From Phyllobates terribilis (lineage: Eukaryota), in assembly GCF_046119375.1 (NCBI RefSeq), contig NW_027362767.1, forward strand, positions 284,394,001 to 284,458,000: a stretch of 64,000 nucleotides of DNA, given 5' to 3'. Within the stretch, counting starts at the first letter, position 1. Each line of letters begins with the position of its first letter. The notes beneath the pieces were generated by a model. It was given only the letters and a program-made list of their open reading frames with translations. It made no database searches and had not been told where the DNA came from. Shown here piece after piece: positions 51,790 through 63,736 of the stretch. The position numbers and the translations under genes are program-made.

Positions 51790-52157
51790 CGTGCCCGTTG
51801 CCACCGGGTACTGTGCGTCTTAAGAGACTGTGATACTCACTGAGGTGAAGTTTTCCCGCCATTCCCGAGATTTCCTGCCATTGTCCCCCATCTTCCTGTC
51901 GCCGTGCGGGAAGAAGAGGGGCGTAACCGTGGGAATCGGAGAGGCGTAACCGCTGGAAGCGCACGAAGTTGAGGACACGCCCCGCCCCTGACGTCGAACC
52001 AGGAAACGTCAGTTCCTGGAAGGAGCCAGAGGACGCTCTGATGTCAGACGCAAGCGACGCAAGGTCCTGGAAGAAGACCGTCGCCCGCGGAGCTGCGGCC
52101 TACCTGGTAAAGATAGTGAAGAAGGAAGGCTCCGGTTCACTAGAGGGGAGCAACAAT

Positions 52158-53254
52158 GGCCGACGACCAGCAAGCCGCCGGAGCATCGGTTAACGCAACT
52201 GATGCCGAACCTGTGCCCGGCGCTGCACAGGCCGGAGCGGCCACTCCACCAACAGGGGTCATGACCCCGTTATAACCTATGGCCCTGCCGTATATCCCTG
52301 TAGCGAAGTGGCTCCCCCAGTATAACGGCAAACCGAACACCCTGTCCGGATTCAAGAGAAGAAATGCGGTGTGCTAGACATGTATTCTATGACCGGTAAA
52401 CAGAGAGCCGCTGTTGTGCTGGGACAATTGACTGGTGCCGCAAAGCGGGAAGTTGAAACCTGGCCAGCTGCAGACCAGGAATCAGTATCCATCATCTTTA
52501 AGAGACTGCAGACTGTGTTTGAAAACCGCACCGAGACGGATCTCCCGAAGAGGTTCTACCACTGTTATGAACTGCTACAAACACTAAGGAAAGATAGGAA
52601 AACTGTCCCTACAATAGGACTAAGCTGATTCCCTATGATGCAGCGGGGGACCTGTTCCTTGTGAACAGACCCGCCTAAGTCCTCGGCTAGTCTGAACGCA
52701 GACCTATAGATATAAGGGAGGGGTCCCTACAAGAACTAGGGACTGGGATATAGTTGGACACCTCCTAGCAGAAATTGTAGCAGAGCAAAGACAAACAAAC
52801 AAACAGAAGTACTAGTGGTCAAAAGACCAAGCAAACTACAAAGTTAGGTACAAGGCACCTGGCTAGCTTAAGAGTAAAAGTAACACTGAAGTCCAGCAAG
52901 GCCAGGAGGGCGGAGCTGGATTATATAGGCAAAAAGTCAAGTGACCTGCAAAATAGAAAAAACTAACAGGAGGGTACTAACAACCACTGTGTCCAGAAAA
53001 CTGAGGACAGTATCCGGGACTACGCCTGGCATTTACAAGAGGCACTGCGGGCCCTGAAACAGGTTAGTCCAGCCAGCATACAAGATGAAAATAAAATGCT
53101 GACGGAACAGTTCATCCGGGGGTTAAGGTCCCAGGAGGAGAGCAGAACTGTACGGTGGTGGGCCTTAGATCATCCAGATGCCACCTTTGACACCCTTAAG
53201 GACATGGCTATAAAGGGTCTGCAGCCCCTGGAACCATCAGATACTGCTGTCTGA
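52158..53254 (+). pseudogene. Gypsy gag (capsid region), disrupted
   Basis: LPYIP..WLPQY.G...VVLGQLTGAAKREV...RFYHC|VQKTEDSIRDYA...EQFIRGL; split by a nested solo LTR; no CCHC knuckle seen. Confidence 0.8.
52563..52982 (-). mobile_element. Nested solo LTR (420 bp) inside gag
   Basis: TGTTA...TAACA termini; 5-bp TSD ACCAC (52558-52562, 52983-52987); removing it restores the gag frame FYHCVQKTEDSIRDY; minus-strand CCTATATAA. Confidence 0.9.
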
Positions 53255-53259
53255 GTCCT

Positions 53260-56200
53260 TAACCTCACCAGATGAAGTGGAGGATAATGACCCGGGAACC
53301 CAGGTGGAGGATTGGTGTCAACAGCTCCATGTTGGGACAGACACCACTCCTGCCCATCAGAAACAGGGTGTACACCGGTTGGTTCAGGAATACGAGCGGG
53401 TATTCAGTAAACACTGACTTGATTTCAGGAGGATTAAAGGGGTACAACACTATATACCCACAGGTGACCACCCACCCATCAAAGAATGTTACAGGCCAAT
53501 CCCACCAGCACACTACCAGAAAGCGAAGGAAATGTTGCATGACATGAGGAAGGCAGGGGTAATAAGAGATAGCTGTAGCCCCTGGGCAGCTTCCCTGGTG
53601 CTAGTCAGGAAAAAGGATGGAAGCATGAGAATGTGTGTAGATTACAGACAAGTAAATCGCATAACACACAAAGATGCATTCCCTTTGCCCTGTATAGAGG
53701 AATCCCTGGCTGCATTAAAGTCTGCAAATTACTTCTCCACCCTTGACCTCACTAGTGCGTACTGGCAAGTCGCTGTTGCTGAGGAGGATCGGGAGAAGAC
53801 GGCCTTTACTACCCCGATGGGACTCTGCGAGTTCAACAGTATGCCGTTCAGACTCTGCAACGCCCCCGGAACGTTCCAGAGATTAATGGCGTGCTGCCTG
53901 GGACATCGAAACTTCGAGACTGTACTGCTATACCTGGATGACATGATAGTGTACTCCAAAACGTACCATGACGATTTGAAGCACCTGGCAGAGGTATTTG
54001 AGTCTCTGTCCCGGTGTGGGATGAAGCTGAAGCCCTCCAAGTGCCACCTGCTCAAGCGAAATGTACAGTACCTGGGGCACATCGTCAGTCCAGAAGGAGT
54101 AGCACCGTACCCGGAGAAGGTCACTGCCATCCAGAAATGGCCGGAGCCGAAGAGCCTCAAGGAGGTACGTCAGTTCCTGGGACTAGTCAGGTATTACCAG
54201 AGGTTTGTGAAGGACTACACCAAGAAAGCGGCACCTTTGCAAGATCTCCTGGTAGGACAGTCCGGGAAAGGCAGAAACCCCCCGTTCCAGTGGGGTAAGG
54301 AGCAAGCTGAATCCTTTGAGGTGATGAAGGAGATCCTGACCGGCAAAGAGATCCTAGCCTACCCTGACTACAGCCAACTGTTCCTGCTGTACACTAATGC
54401 CAGCAACGAGGGATTAGGAGCTGTGTTAATTCAGAAGCAGAATGGCCGAGAGAAGGTGATCGCCTATGCAAGCAGGAAGCTCTGCCCGACCGAGAGGAAC
54501 CCGGAGAACTATAGCAGCTTCAAGTTGGAGTTCCTAGCCCTGGTCTGGGCCTTCACCGAGCGGTTCAAGCACTACCTAGCCTCCAGTAAGTTCACTGCCT
54601 ACACTGATAATAACCCCTTGACTTATCTGGAAACAGCCAAGTTAGGAGCCATGGAACAATGAAGGATGGCTCGGCGGTCAAACTACCAGTTCACCATTAA
54701 GTACCGGGCAGGCGGTAAGAATGCCAACGCCGATGCCCTGTCCAGGATGCCGCACAATTCGGATACTGAAGAAGTGGATGACCTGGAGGAGATTGAGCTA
54801 CCTGCCTTCCACCGTAATGGAATGGTCCACGAGCAACGAGCCTCCTGGAGGCATCGCGGTATGACGTTAAACCCTTTGCCTCACCACAGCTGGAAGGAGA
54901 CCCAGGACAGCGACCCGGTTGTCAGCCATATCAAAGAATTGATAACCCAGGAAGGTTCCTCCCTGGAGAAGGACGCGTCTCCACAAGCCAAGTAACTGTG
55001 GAATGAGAGAAGCCGGCTGTTCATCTATAGGGAGAAGCTGTGCTGAAGGTACGTCAACCCGAGGACCCATGAGATGGTATGGCAGATCGTAGTGCCTAGG
55101 ACGGACATCCAGATGGTGTTGGAGGCCTACCACGATCAAGCAGGGCACTTTGGCTGGAAAAAGCTAGAAACCCTCCTGAAGAGTCGGTTTTACTGGGTTG
55201 GAATGCGGAGTTCCAAAGAGAGATGGTGCCGGGATTGTGGACCCTGTAGCCTCAGAAGAAAGGACTACGGCTGCCAGGAGGCACCCCTGCAGTCCATCAA
55301 GACAACCCAGCCCCTGGAGATCGTCGCTCTAGACCACGTCAAGCTGTCACCCAGCAGGTCAGGCTACTCGTATGCCCTGACCATGGTGGATCACAACTCC
55401 CGGTTCCTGGTGGTAGCCCCCGTCAAGGATCTGACGGCAGAAACTGCAGCAAGGACGTTTCAAGCCTACTTCTGCAGGCCCCATGGATACCGGGATGAGG
55501 TGCTGACGGACGAAGGCCCTGCCTTTGAAGCCGAATTATTCAAGGAGTTCTGCCATCTGTACGGGTGTAAGAAAATCCGGACTACACCGTACCACCCCCA
55601 AACCAATGGGTTATGTGAAAAGATGAATAACATCGTCATCGACCTGTTGAAGACCTTACCACTAGAAGAAAGAAACCAGTGGCCAGACAAGCTATCTGAT
55701 CTGGTAGATCTGTACAACCACATACCTGTGAGTTCCACCAATTGTACTCCAGCATATCTCATGTGAGCAAGACCCAGAAAGTTGCCCATGGACCTGGAGC
55801 TTGGTGTAGTAGAACCCGAAGCAGATATGTCCACTGAAGGCTGGGACATGACGCGACAGGAACAGTACAGGAGAGTACAAGCCTGTGTCGAAGACAGTTT
55901 GAATAGGGTAAGAGACAAGCAGGAAGCACAGTACAACAAGAGTGCACCAGCAGAACCCTTTTCACCTGGAGAAGTTGTGCTAAAGAGAAAAAGAAGAAAC
56001 CACAAACTTGATGACCAGTGTGAGAGGGAACCCTACACTGTGTTAAATTCAAGATTTGATAACAGGAAGGCCTGTTTAATTACCAAGGACGGAGGAAGAA
56101 CGACTGCAACAGTATCTAGAAACCATCTGAAGTTGTGTCCAGGTCTGCTAAAGCCCCAGGAAGAAGTGCCTCTCATCGTACCGGAGGAGCCTAAAAAAGC

Positions 56201-56573
56201 AGTAATACATACTGAATTAGGAGATTTCCCGGCAGATTGGCCCCAACTAGGAGGAGCAGTGATAATACCTGTGATCCACTTCTACCAACAGCCAGAAGAC
56301 CCTCCACAGCAAGTAGAACCTCTAGGTGCCCCAGAAGAGCCTGCTCAGGAACAATCCCCGGAAGAAGGATCACCAGTAGAAGCAGAGCAAGAAAGCCCAG
56401 CCAATGGTACACTTGCCAGTCCCGTATGGAGGTTAAGACAGTCTTGCAGTCCCTCCACACCTAGAACTGACAGAATGGGAGGTAGTACAAACACCAGTAC
56501 CACACGCATCCCAGTACTACGTAGGTCAACACGTAGCACGCAAGGTCAGACCCCTGTCAGATACAGAGAGTAG
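53260..56573 (+). pseudogene. Gypsy pol: RT, RNase H, integrase
   Basis: CVDYR, LDLTSAYWQ, YLDD; TNAS (catalytic D>N), NYSSFKLE, TDNNPL; HHCC zinc finger, LDHV / TDEG / GLCEKMN; all four ORF pieces share one frame and are broken only by stops; no protease motif found. Confidence 0.95.
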
Positions 56574-57150
56574 AAAGAGAAACTCTGATAGTATAAATAG
56601 TTGCCCCTTGGGGTATGTTATTCTTGTGTAATTTTCATGTATGTATTGACTTATTTTTGCCTTACAATGGACAATTTAGGTGACATGGACACTTTTCTTG
56701 TTGCATTTAGTTACCCGTAAGGGTATATATAAAGGATTCGGTGGCTGAGGACTGTGTGCAGCCCAAAAACTGTTTACTTGTACATAATTGCACTCCCTGG
56801 AGTGCCCCTTTTAGGTAACCACTGAACAAAAACCTGTTTAGCGTGGCGGAAGACGTGGTCCAACTCCGGATCACCTATGCCCTGCAGCCACGCCAAGGGC
56901 CTACGTGGAGGGTTTACGGACAGGTCCCTCAAGCTCCCTTGTACTTTGCAGTGAAATGGACACCCTGTTAGGGGACTCCCTGACAATTGCTCAAAAACTC
57001 TAACTATTGTACATATATTTATTATTTATTACGTTTTTGTTACCTGTAATGTTCAAGCAAAGTGCCTCCCATAAAGGGAAGAAAAGTTGTTATTGTTAAC
57101 GAACCTGTTTTTGAGAAAAATGCTTCAGTTCAGGAGTACTGAGTTTTACT

Positions 57151-57158
57151 AGGGGGAA
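57151..57158 (+). promoter_or_regulatory. Polypurine tract of element A
   Basis: AGGGGGAA directly before the 3' LTR TG. Confidence 0.85.
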
Positions 57159-58251
57159 TGTGGCGCCCTGCTGCGCATCGATGCCACAGAACCCAGAAGG
57201 GTGCATGGATGGACTTCTCCACAAGAGGCCTTCACACATTCACACACCTCCACCCTACCACCTCAGACCAGCAGAGGGAGCTTGTTAGGGAGATATATAG
57301 GGAGGGTGGAGCCAGGCAGCTCAGTTTAGTGTTCAGAGACAGAGAGGAACACAGCTCAGAGTTGAGCAGAGAGTGTGCTGACGCTCAGAGAGCAGTGAAG
57401 AGCAGCAAGCTGGCTGCAGTGCTTAGGCGAGCCAAGGCCTACAGCACGTGTGAAAGCCTAGTGAGGGCCTTGAGTGGGCCGAAGGCGAGAGGAGAAAGAA
57501 GAAGTAGCAAGGGGGCAGAGGAGCATACCAGGCTCACCCCGATATATATACCGGACACCGGGTCCGCGCCTACAGGGACTCCTTATACCCAGTAGGAACC
57601 ACCGGAACCCCTGGAGGACTACAGGTCCCATGTTTGCCAAACGCTGATTACAGTACCAGGGCTAGGAGTCACGGAAGTCCCAGCGTCCAGGGAGAGTGAT
57701 CTCCAAAGAGAAGGCCCTACCACAAGGTCAGCAGGTGCAAAGAGAGACAGTAACCAAGCTAGGCCTAGCTCCAGGCAGGTCAGAAGCTTAGAGAGTAAAG
57801 CAACGAATCAGGAGGCCCTATACCCGCTCACTGGGGAGAGTCCAAAAGTGTGCCCTTCACCTGGAGTACCCTGGACCGTGCCTGCAGCATCACCAGTAAA
57901 GGTACTGAAGCTTACCCCCGTGTGAGTGTCCGTCTTTCCTCCGGGACCGTCCTGCCGTCTCTCCCCTGCACCACCATCCAGTATACCCTACGCTGCCCTG
58001 AGGCCCGCTCCACCTGTGGGGAGCCATTCCATCACAAGCTGCCCTACCATCTGCCTCAGAGGACTGCTCCGCAGCGGCGGCACCCCTTAGCCGCATTCCA
58101 CAGGTGGTGTCACAAACTTTCCAAATCCCCTATATAATCCCCCTTTTACTGACCGCCCTGGGTCATGGACCGGGCCAGCCACCGTGATATCCCCTATACC
58201 GGCAACGAGAGGCCCGGCTGCCGAGTACCCCACAGCCCAGGGGGCGCGTCA
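57159..58251 (+). repeat. Element A 3' LTR
   Basis: Direct repeat of 50673-51765, same length. Confidence 0.95.
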
Positions 58252-59017
58252 CATACACTCATTTATAACCATCACATATACTGTTGCTACAAACAGCTTT
58301 GTAACTTAAAAAAAATAAAATAGTTTTGATGGACCTTATGCCTGTGTAACACTTGCATTACCATCTAGTTCCCTCAGCTAATAAAAGGTAGAAGAGTAAA
58401 CTTTGCGTTTGCTGTGATCAAACATGTAAAATCTGTCTGAGACAACCAGCTTAGGAAGGCTGCCTTGGTTGGATAGACTTGGCCTTAGCCACTCTATCTA
58501 CCAGTTCGCAGAGAAACTCTGGCATTTACTCTCTAAACCCTGCACAGGGACTTAGTGCTGAGTTTCCTGGGTTGCAACCACAAGAGTGACTGCTGGATGG
58601 AGGAGTGATCCCGAGACAAGAGTAATCTTCTTTGCCAAGTCAGTAATTGGAAGGACAAACTTGGGATAGAATCAGGAGACAAAATTATAGTCAATAAAAT
58701 AGCTTCGTTCAGATACCAGGTGATCAGTCAAAGCATAATTAGAAAGGCCAAGGTCAGGGTCAGGGGGCATCATAGAGGCAGGCGTAGTCAGACTACAAGC
58801 CAGGTTAAGATCTGGATACACAAAACAAAAAAAAAACAAGAGTCCAGAGGGTAATTAAGGAATAATAACTGGCAACTCACAGCTTGAAGCCTAACCGGGT
58901 ATGGTGCTGCCTCATTGACCACAGCAAGGAGCAGATGATTCCTGCTGAGTTGCTGGACAGGAATAATTAGCCTGGCTAGGTGGCACCGCAGGTTCCAGAC
59001 ATACTAATATATGTATG

Positions 59018-60080
59018 TGTGGCACCCCAGGGGTCTGGTTTCCACAGTAACAGCAATGTTATGTCTGAGAGCAGGTGGGAGGTCTCTTGGTCAGGAATCC
59101 TATGCATGCCACACCTCCTGCCCAGTCCTGGGAGGGGAAGAACTTCCCCTATATAAACCTGGGGCTGAGGCAGGGTTAGAGAGTTCAGAGGGAGAGTGCA
59201 GCCAGGAGGGCTGACAGGGAGCTGTGGCTCCGGCTGGGCCCAGCTCCTGGGCCATGCCAGAAGTAGAGAAGAGAAGCAGCATAGGAAGAAACAACAGGAG
59301 CTCTGTGGGAGCAGTGCTACAAGGAGTCAGGGGCTGGCAGTGCAGAGCTCGCCCTGACTGAGAAGATTTCTTACCGGACCCGGAGTCCGAGGCTGTGGGG
59401 ACTAACTCCTACCCAGCAGCAGAATCCGTCAGGCAGGGGATTTCAGGTCCTCTGGCCAAGAAACCCGAAGGCACGGTCACACGCATGGGACCAGCACCGC
59501 CGTCATGGAGCGGAAGCTACTAGAAGGCCCCGAGTCACCGGCCATACAGGTGAGCACCACACGGTACACTCAGGGACGTGGGCTACTTATACCCGCCTCT
59601 AGCAAGGTAGCCAGAAGAGTACAGTCAGTTTGGGAGGCCTACAACTCCGCCTGGCCAGGGGAGATCCCATCTGCTCAAGGACTGACCAGGCCCCGATCGC
59701 TAGCCAGTACTCCGGGAGGGTCTATCTTTGTCACCAGTAAAGACCCTGAATCACACCGCATCGTCTCTGAGTGATTCCTGCTACCCCCATCATCCACGTC
59801 GGCTGCCCTGAGGCCATACCCCTCCCGTTGGGGGTTATACCATCTACGCTGCACTATCCTACCACCGGCCTCAGCGGTCTGCCCTGCAGCGGCAGCTCCA
59901 TAGCTGCATTCAACAGGTGGCGTAGTCGTTCCAACATCTACCGCTGATACAGCGCCACTTAGTCTGACTCCCTGGGCACGGACCGGATCACCGCCATGAG
60001 ATTACAACCCTCAACAGATCCGGCTCCGGGTAAGCTCCCGCGTGCGCAACGCTGCGCGACACAGGCCCAGGGGCGCGTCA
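59018..60080 (+). repeat. Element B 5' LTR
   Basis: TGTGGCACCCC...GGGCGCGTCA; TATATAAA at 59150; AGTAAA at 59736. Confidence 0.95.
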
Positions 60081-60085
60081 ACTTT

Positions 60086-60104
60086 TGGCGTAGTCGGCAG
60101 GATT
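60086..60104 (+). promoter_or_regulatory. Primer-binding site, tRNA-Ser(AGA/TGA)
   Basis: TGGCGTAGTCGGCAGGATT is complementary to ...AATCCTGCCGACTACG-CCA (tRNA sequence recalled, not looked up). Confidence 0.88.
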
Positions 60105-60470
60105 TCGTGCCCGCAACCACCGGGTACTGCGTGCCTGAAAAAGACTGTTCAAACTTACCAGTGGTGAAGATTCCCGCCATCCGGCGCCATCTTCTGCCTT
60201 CTTCCCGCCATCCGTGGAGTTTTCCCGCCGTTGGACGCCATCTTGAAGACGCCGCGCGGGAAGAAGAGGGGCGTGGACTCCGAAAGCGCGCGAGAACTGA
60301 AGCCCCGCCTCACGTCCGGACGTTGCGTAAGGTCCTGGAAGGAGCCCAGCAGACGCCGACGTCACAGGAACGCGACGGAAGGTCCTCAACCCTGACGATC
60401 CACTGCGGAGCCGCGGCCTACGGAAGAGGATCATCGCAAGGTAGGCCACGGTCCACTAGGGGGGAGAAGG

Positions 60471-60872
60471 ATGTCGGATACGGAGGAGAGCTTCACCGCT
60501 TCAACCCCCGCCAGCGCCACCGCTGTTGCGGTCATGCCTTTCACCATGCCCTATATCCCGGGGGCAGCCTGGCTACCCCAGTACTCAGGGGAGTCACATA
60601 CCCTGCATGACTTTAGAGAAAAGCTGGATAGCCTCTTCCAGGTGTACCCCCTCACAGAGGAGCAAAAAGTGAGCATCCTGGTGGCCCAATTAACCGGGGC
60701 AGCCCAAAGGGAGGTAAAGTCCTGGCCACCTGGGAGGAGGACTGTCGCAGAGATACTAACCCAGCTAACCGAGGAAGAGCTGCAGTACTACCAATACGAG
60801 GAAAGCCAAGAGGACCCGGATGGGTCTGAGGACTACCCTCAGGAGGGAGCACAAAGAGGACATAGCTACTGA
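60471..60872 (+). CDS. Truncated Gag-derived ORF with acidic tail (133 aa)
   Basis: MPYIPGAAWLPQYSG...ILVAQLTGAAQREVKSWP aligns to element A gag (LPYIPVAKWLPQYNG...VVLGQLTGAAKREVETWP); open frame ending EEELQYYQYEESQEDPDGSEDY. Confidence 0.65.
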   Translation: MSDTEESFTASTPASATAVAVMPFTMPYIPGAAWLPQYSGESHTLHDFREKLDSLFQVYPLTEEQKVSILVAQLTGAAQREVKSWPPGRRTVAEILTQLTEEELQYYQYEESQEDPDGSEDYPQEGAQRGHSY

Positions 60873-61000
60873 AGGGAAGTAGCGTGAATAAAGAGCTGTA
60901 AATAGTTACCCGTAAGGGTACAAGGACTGCTGCTAATTAAAATATGGTCCCCGTTGGGATTAGTGAATTGTTCCCCATGTGCCCCTATCTTAAACCAGCT

Positions 61001-61100
61001 TGAGGACTGTGAGCAGCCATTCCTTATCCCCACAGGCTGAGGACAGTGAGCAGCCGTTCCTTATCCCCACTGGCCGAGGACTGAGAGCGGCCATATCCTG
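61001..61100 (+). repeat. 37-bp tandem repeat, three copies, in the element B 3'UTR
   Basis: (T/C)GAGGAC(T/A)G(T/A)GAGC(A/G)GCC units start at 61001, 61038 and 61075. Confidence 0.85.
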
Positions 61101-61407
61101 TAAATAATTATGTGTTTCTAGTAATTTATGGGAGTCTTTGGTGGATTTACCGGGAATCCTTTGTACATGGTTGGAGCGTAACCCAGGAATGGACTAAAGA
61201 CTGTTAAGGACTCGGGGCAGGACAGACCCCTACCTGGTTACGTCTCCCTGTTTTGGTGAAATGGACACCTTACTTTTCTTCAAAGACTGCACCCGGTTGC
61301 GGACACGCCGTAACCATCTTTATGTGTTTTTCTTATTGTATTATTATTGTTTATACCTTGTTATGTTTTTCTAAAAATATGTTTAGTCCCGGAGTACTAA
61401 ATTTCAC

Positions 61408-61417
61408 TAGGGGGGAA
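61408..61417 (+). promoter_or_regulatory. Polypurine tract of element B
   Basis: TAGGGGGGAA directly before the 3' LTR. Confidence 0.85.
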
Positions 61418-62481
61418 TGTGGCACCCCAGGGGTCTGGTTTCCACAGTAACAGCAATGTTATGTCTGAGAGCAGGTGGGAGGTCTCTTGGTCAGGAATCC
61501 TATGCATGCCACACCTCCTGCCCAGTCCTGGGAGGGGAAGAACTTCCCCTATATAAACCTGGGGCTGAGGCAGGGTTAGAGAGTTCAGAGGGAGAGTGCA
61601 GCCAGGAGGGCTGACAGGGAGCTGTGGCTCCGGCTGGGCCCAGCTCCTGGGCCATGCCAGAAGTAGAGAAGAGAAGCAGCATAGGAAGAAACAACAGGAG
61701 CTCTGTGGGAGCAGTGCTACAAGGAGTCAGGGGCTGGCAACTGCAGAGCTCGCCCTGACTGAGAAGATTTCTTACCGGACCCGGAGTCCGAGGCTGTGGG
61801 GACTAACTCCTACCCAGCAGCAGAATCCGTCAGGCAGGGGATTTCAGGTCCTCTGGCCAAGAAACCCGAAGGCACGGTCACACGCATGGGACCAGCACCG
61901 CCGTCATGGAGCGGAAGCTACTAGAAGGCCCCGAGTCACCGGCCATACGGGTGAGCACCACACGGTACACTCAGGGACGTGGGCTACTTATACCCGCCTC
62001 TAGCAAGGTAGCCAGAAGAGTACAGTCAGTTTGGGAGGCCTACAACTCCGCCTGGCCAGGGGAGATCCCATCTGCTCAAGGACTGACCAGGCCCCGATCG
62101 CTAGCCAGTACTCCAGGAGGGTCTATCTTTGTCACCAGTAAAGACCCTGAATCACACCGCATCGTCTCTGAGTGATTCCTGCTACCCCCATCATCCACGT
62201 CGGCTGCCCTGAGGCCATACCCCTCCCGTTGGGGGTTATACCATCTACGCTGCACTATCCTACCACCGGCCTCAGCGGTCTGCCCTGCAGCGGCAGCTCC
62301 ATAGCTGCATTCAACGGGTGGCGTAGTCGTTCCAACATCTACCGCTGATACAGCGCCACTTAGTCTGACTCCCTGGGCACGGACCGGATCACCGCCACGA
62401 GACTACAACCCTCAACAGATCCGGCTCCGGGTAAGCTCCCGCGTGCGCAACGCTGCGCGACACAGGCCCAGGGGCGCGTCA
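61418..62481 (+). repeat. Element B 3' LTR
   Basis: About 99.3% identical to 59018-60080 by manual comparison. Confidence 0.95.
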
Positions 62482-63303
62482 TATGTACTGCGTCTGCACC
62501 ACCCAGAAATACTCCCCATGATGTCTCCTCCATCACCAGCGCTGCTAGTAGAGCAAATACTGCAGCACCTGGTGACATAAGTAGACCACTGAAGCAGGTC
62601 TAGGTAGAGATGTAAAAAAATGCATGTAGTTCTCCTGCCAATAGTAGTCTTTAAACCACCAAAAAGCCGAAGCTTGGGTCCTATCTTTTACATTAAATCA
62701 GATAGAAAATAAACCACAATATAGATCAGGGGTATTGATTATTATATTTAAAAATAAGGATTTAAAAATCCTTAAACTCTATTACCTCAGCTTACTAGGT
62801 CTCTTTGTAGACAGTTTTAAAGGGATTATCTAGGATGATAAAAATTGTTTAATTAATTTACATTTTCAAAGCATCCAAACAATATTTTTTGTCACCAGAT
62901 AACCCCTTTAACTTGTTATATTAACACCATTGCAGTTTAAAAATAGCCCTCACAATGCCAACCTAAGTAATACCAACAAAAACAACTTTATACGTATAAA
63001 TGTCCAAACTCTCTGCCTGAAATGGAAAAATCCCTTTATATGAAGCTACTTAGAGTCCTATAAAGTAGGATATACAGTAAATATGAAATAAAAGTGACCT
63101 TCTCCTGCTCATACACTTTAAAGGACAGTCACTGTCATGCAAAGATTAAATTTCAGAAGGACTGGCCAACAATCTTATGGGGCATCCCAATACTACCATA
63201 AGAGCAGTTGTTAGGGGAAAGAGGGGTGAAGTATGTTGTTCTGTAGGGCTGTTGTGTTACACTGTCAGACCCTTACACATTCTAACCATATACAGTGGTT
63301 TTA

Positions 63304-63736
63304 ATTAGCGATGGGAAAACAGATTGCAGGACTCTGGTTCAATGGCCGGGTCAGTGATCTGTAACTCCTGGACTGGAGACCTGTGATCTTCATACTCCTG
63401 GACGGGAGGCCTGTGAATCTCCATACTCCTGGACGGAAGGCCTGTGAATATCCATACTCCTGGACGGAAGGCCTGTGAATCTCCATACTCCTGGACGGGA
63501 GGCTTGTGACTCTCCTTACCTCCCTGTATTCCCGGCTCCTCTTTTGATTAGCTGGGCTGGTGTGATGTCATCATTGGAGCATGATACACTCATGACATCG
63601 CATCAGCCCAGCTAATCCAAAGATGAGTCGGTAATAGCGGAAGTTAAGGAGAGCCACAGGCCCCCAGTCAAGGGGGTACAGATTGCTGACCTGGCCAATA
63701 GACCGGAGTCCTGTGAATTGATTCTCCCAACTCTAG
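63304..63736. mobile_element. hAT-type MITE with an internal 31-bp tandem array
   Basis: Imperfect inverted arms (CAGGACTCTGGTTCAATGGCCGGGTCAG / CTGACCTGGCCAATAGACCGGAGTCCTG); ~5 copies of ATACTCCTGGACGG(A/G)AGGCCTGTGAATCTCC at 63361-63520. Confidence 0.7.

Larger units (their letters stand above)
50673..58251 (+). mobile_element. Gypsy/Ty3 LTR retrotransposon (element A), defective
   Basis: Two 1093-bp LTRs, tRNA-Ser PBS, PPT, gag remnant, RT-RNaseH-integrase order; imperfect 4-bp TSD AATA/CATA. Confidence 0.97.
59018..62481 (+). mobile_element. Young non-autonomous Gypsy-family LTR element (element B), 3464 bp
   Basis: LTRs of 1063 and 1064 bp with ~7 differences; perfect TSD TATG (59014-59017, 62482-62485); PBS and PPT present; 1337-bp interior lacks pol. 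Confidence 0.95.

Noticed and set aside
53729-56539. Antisense and alternate-frame ORFs over pol (143, 94, 93, 179 aa and others), including a possible env-like third ORF
   Set aside because: Shadow ORFs; the region between the pol stop and the PPT is only ~580 bp with no long ORF or signal-peptide/TM architecture
63361-63520. 31-bp repeats resembling a CRISPR array
   Set aside because: Head-to-tail units with no unique spacers, inside a MITE in a vertebrate genome
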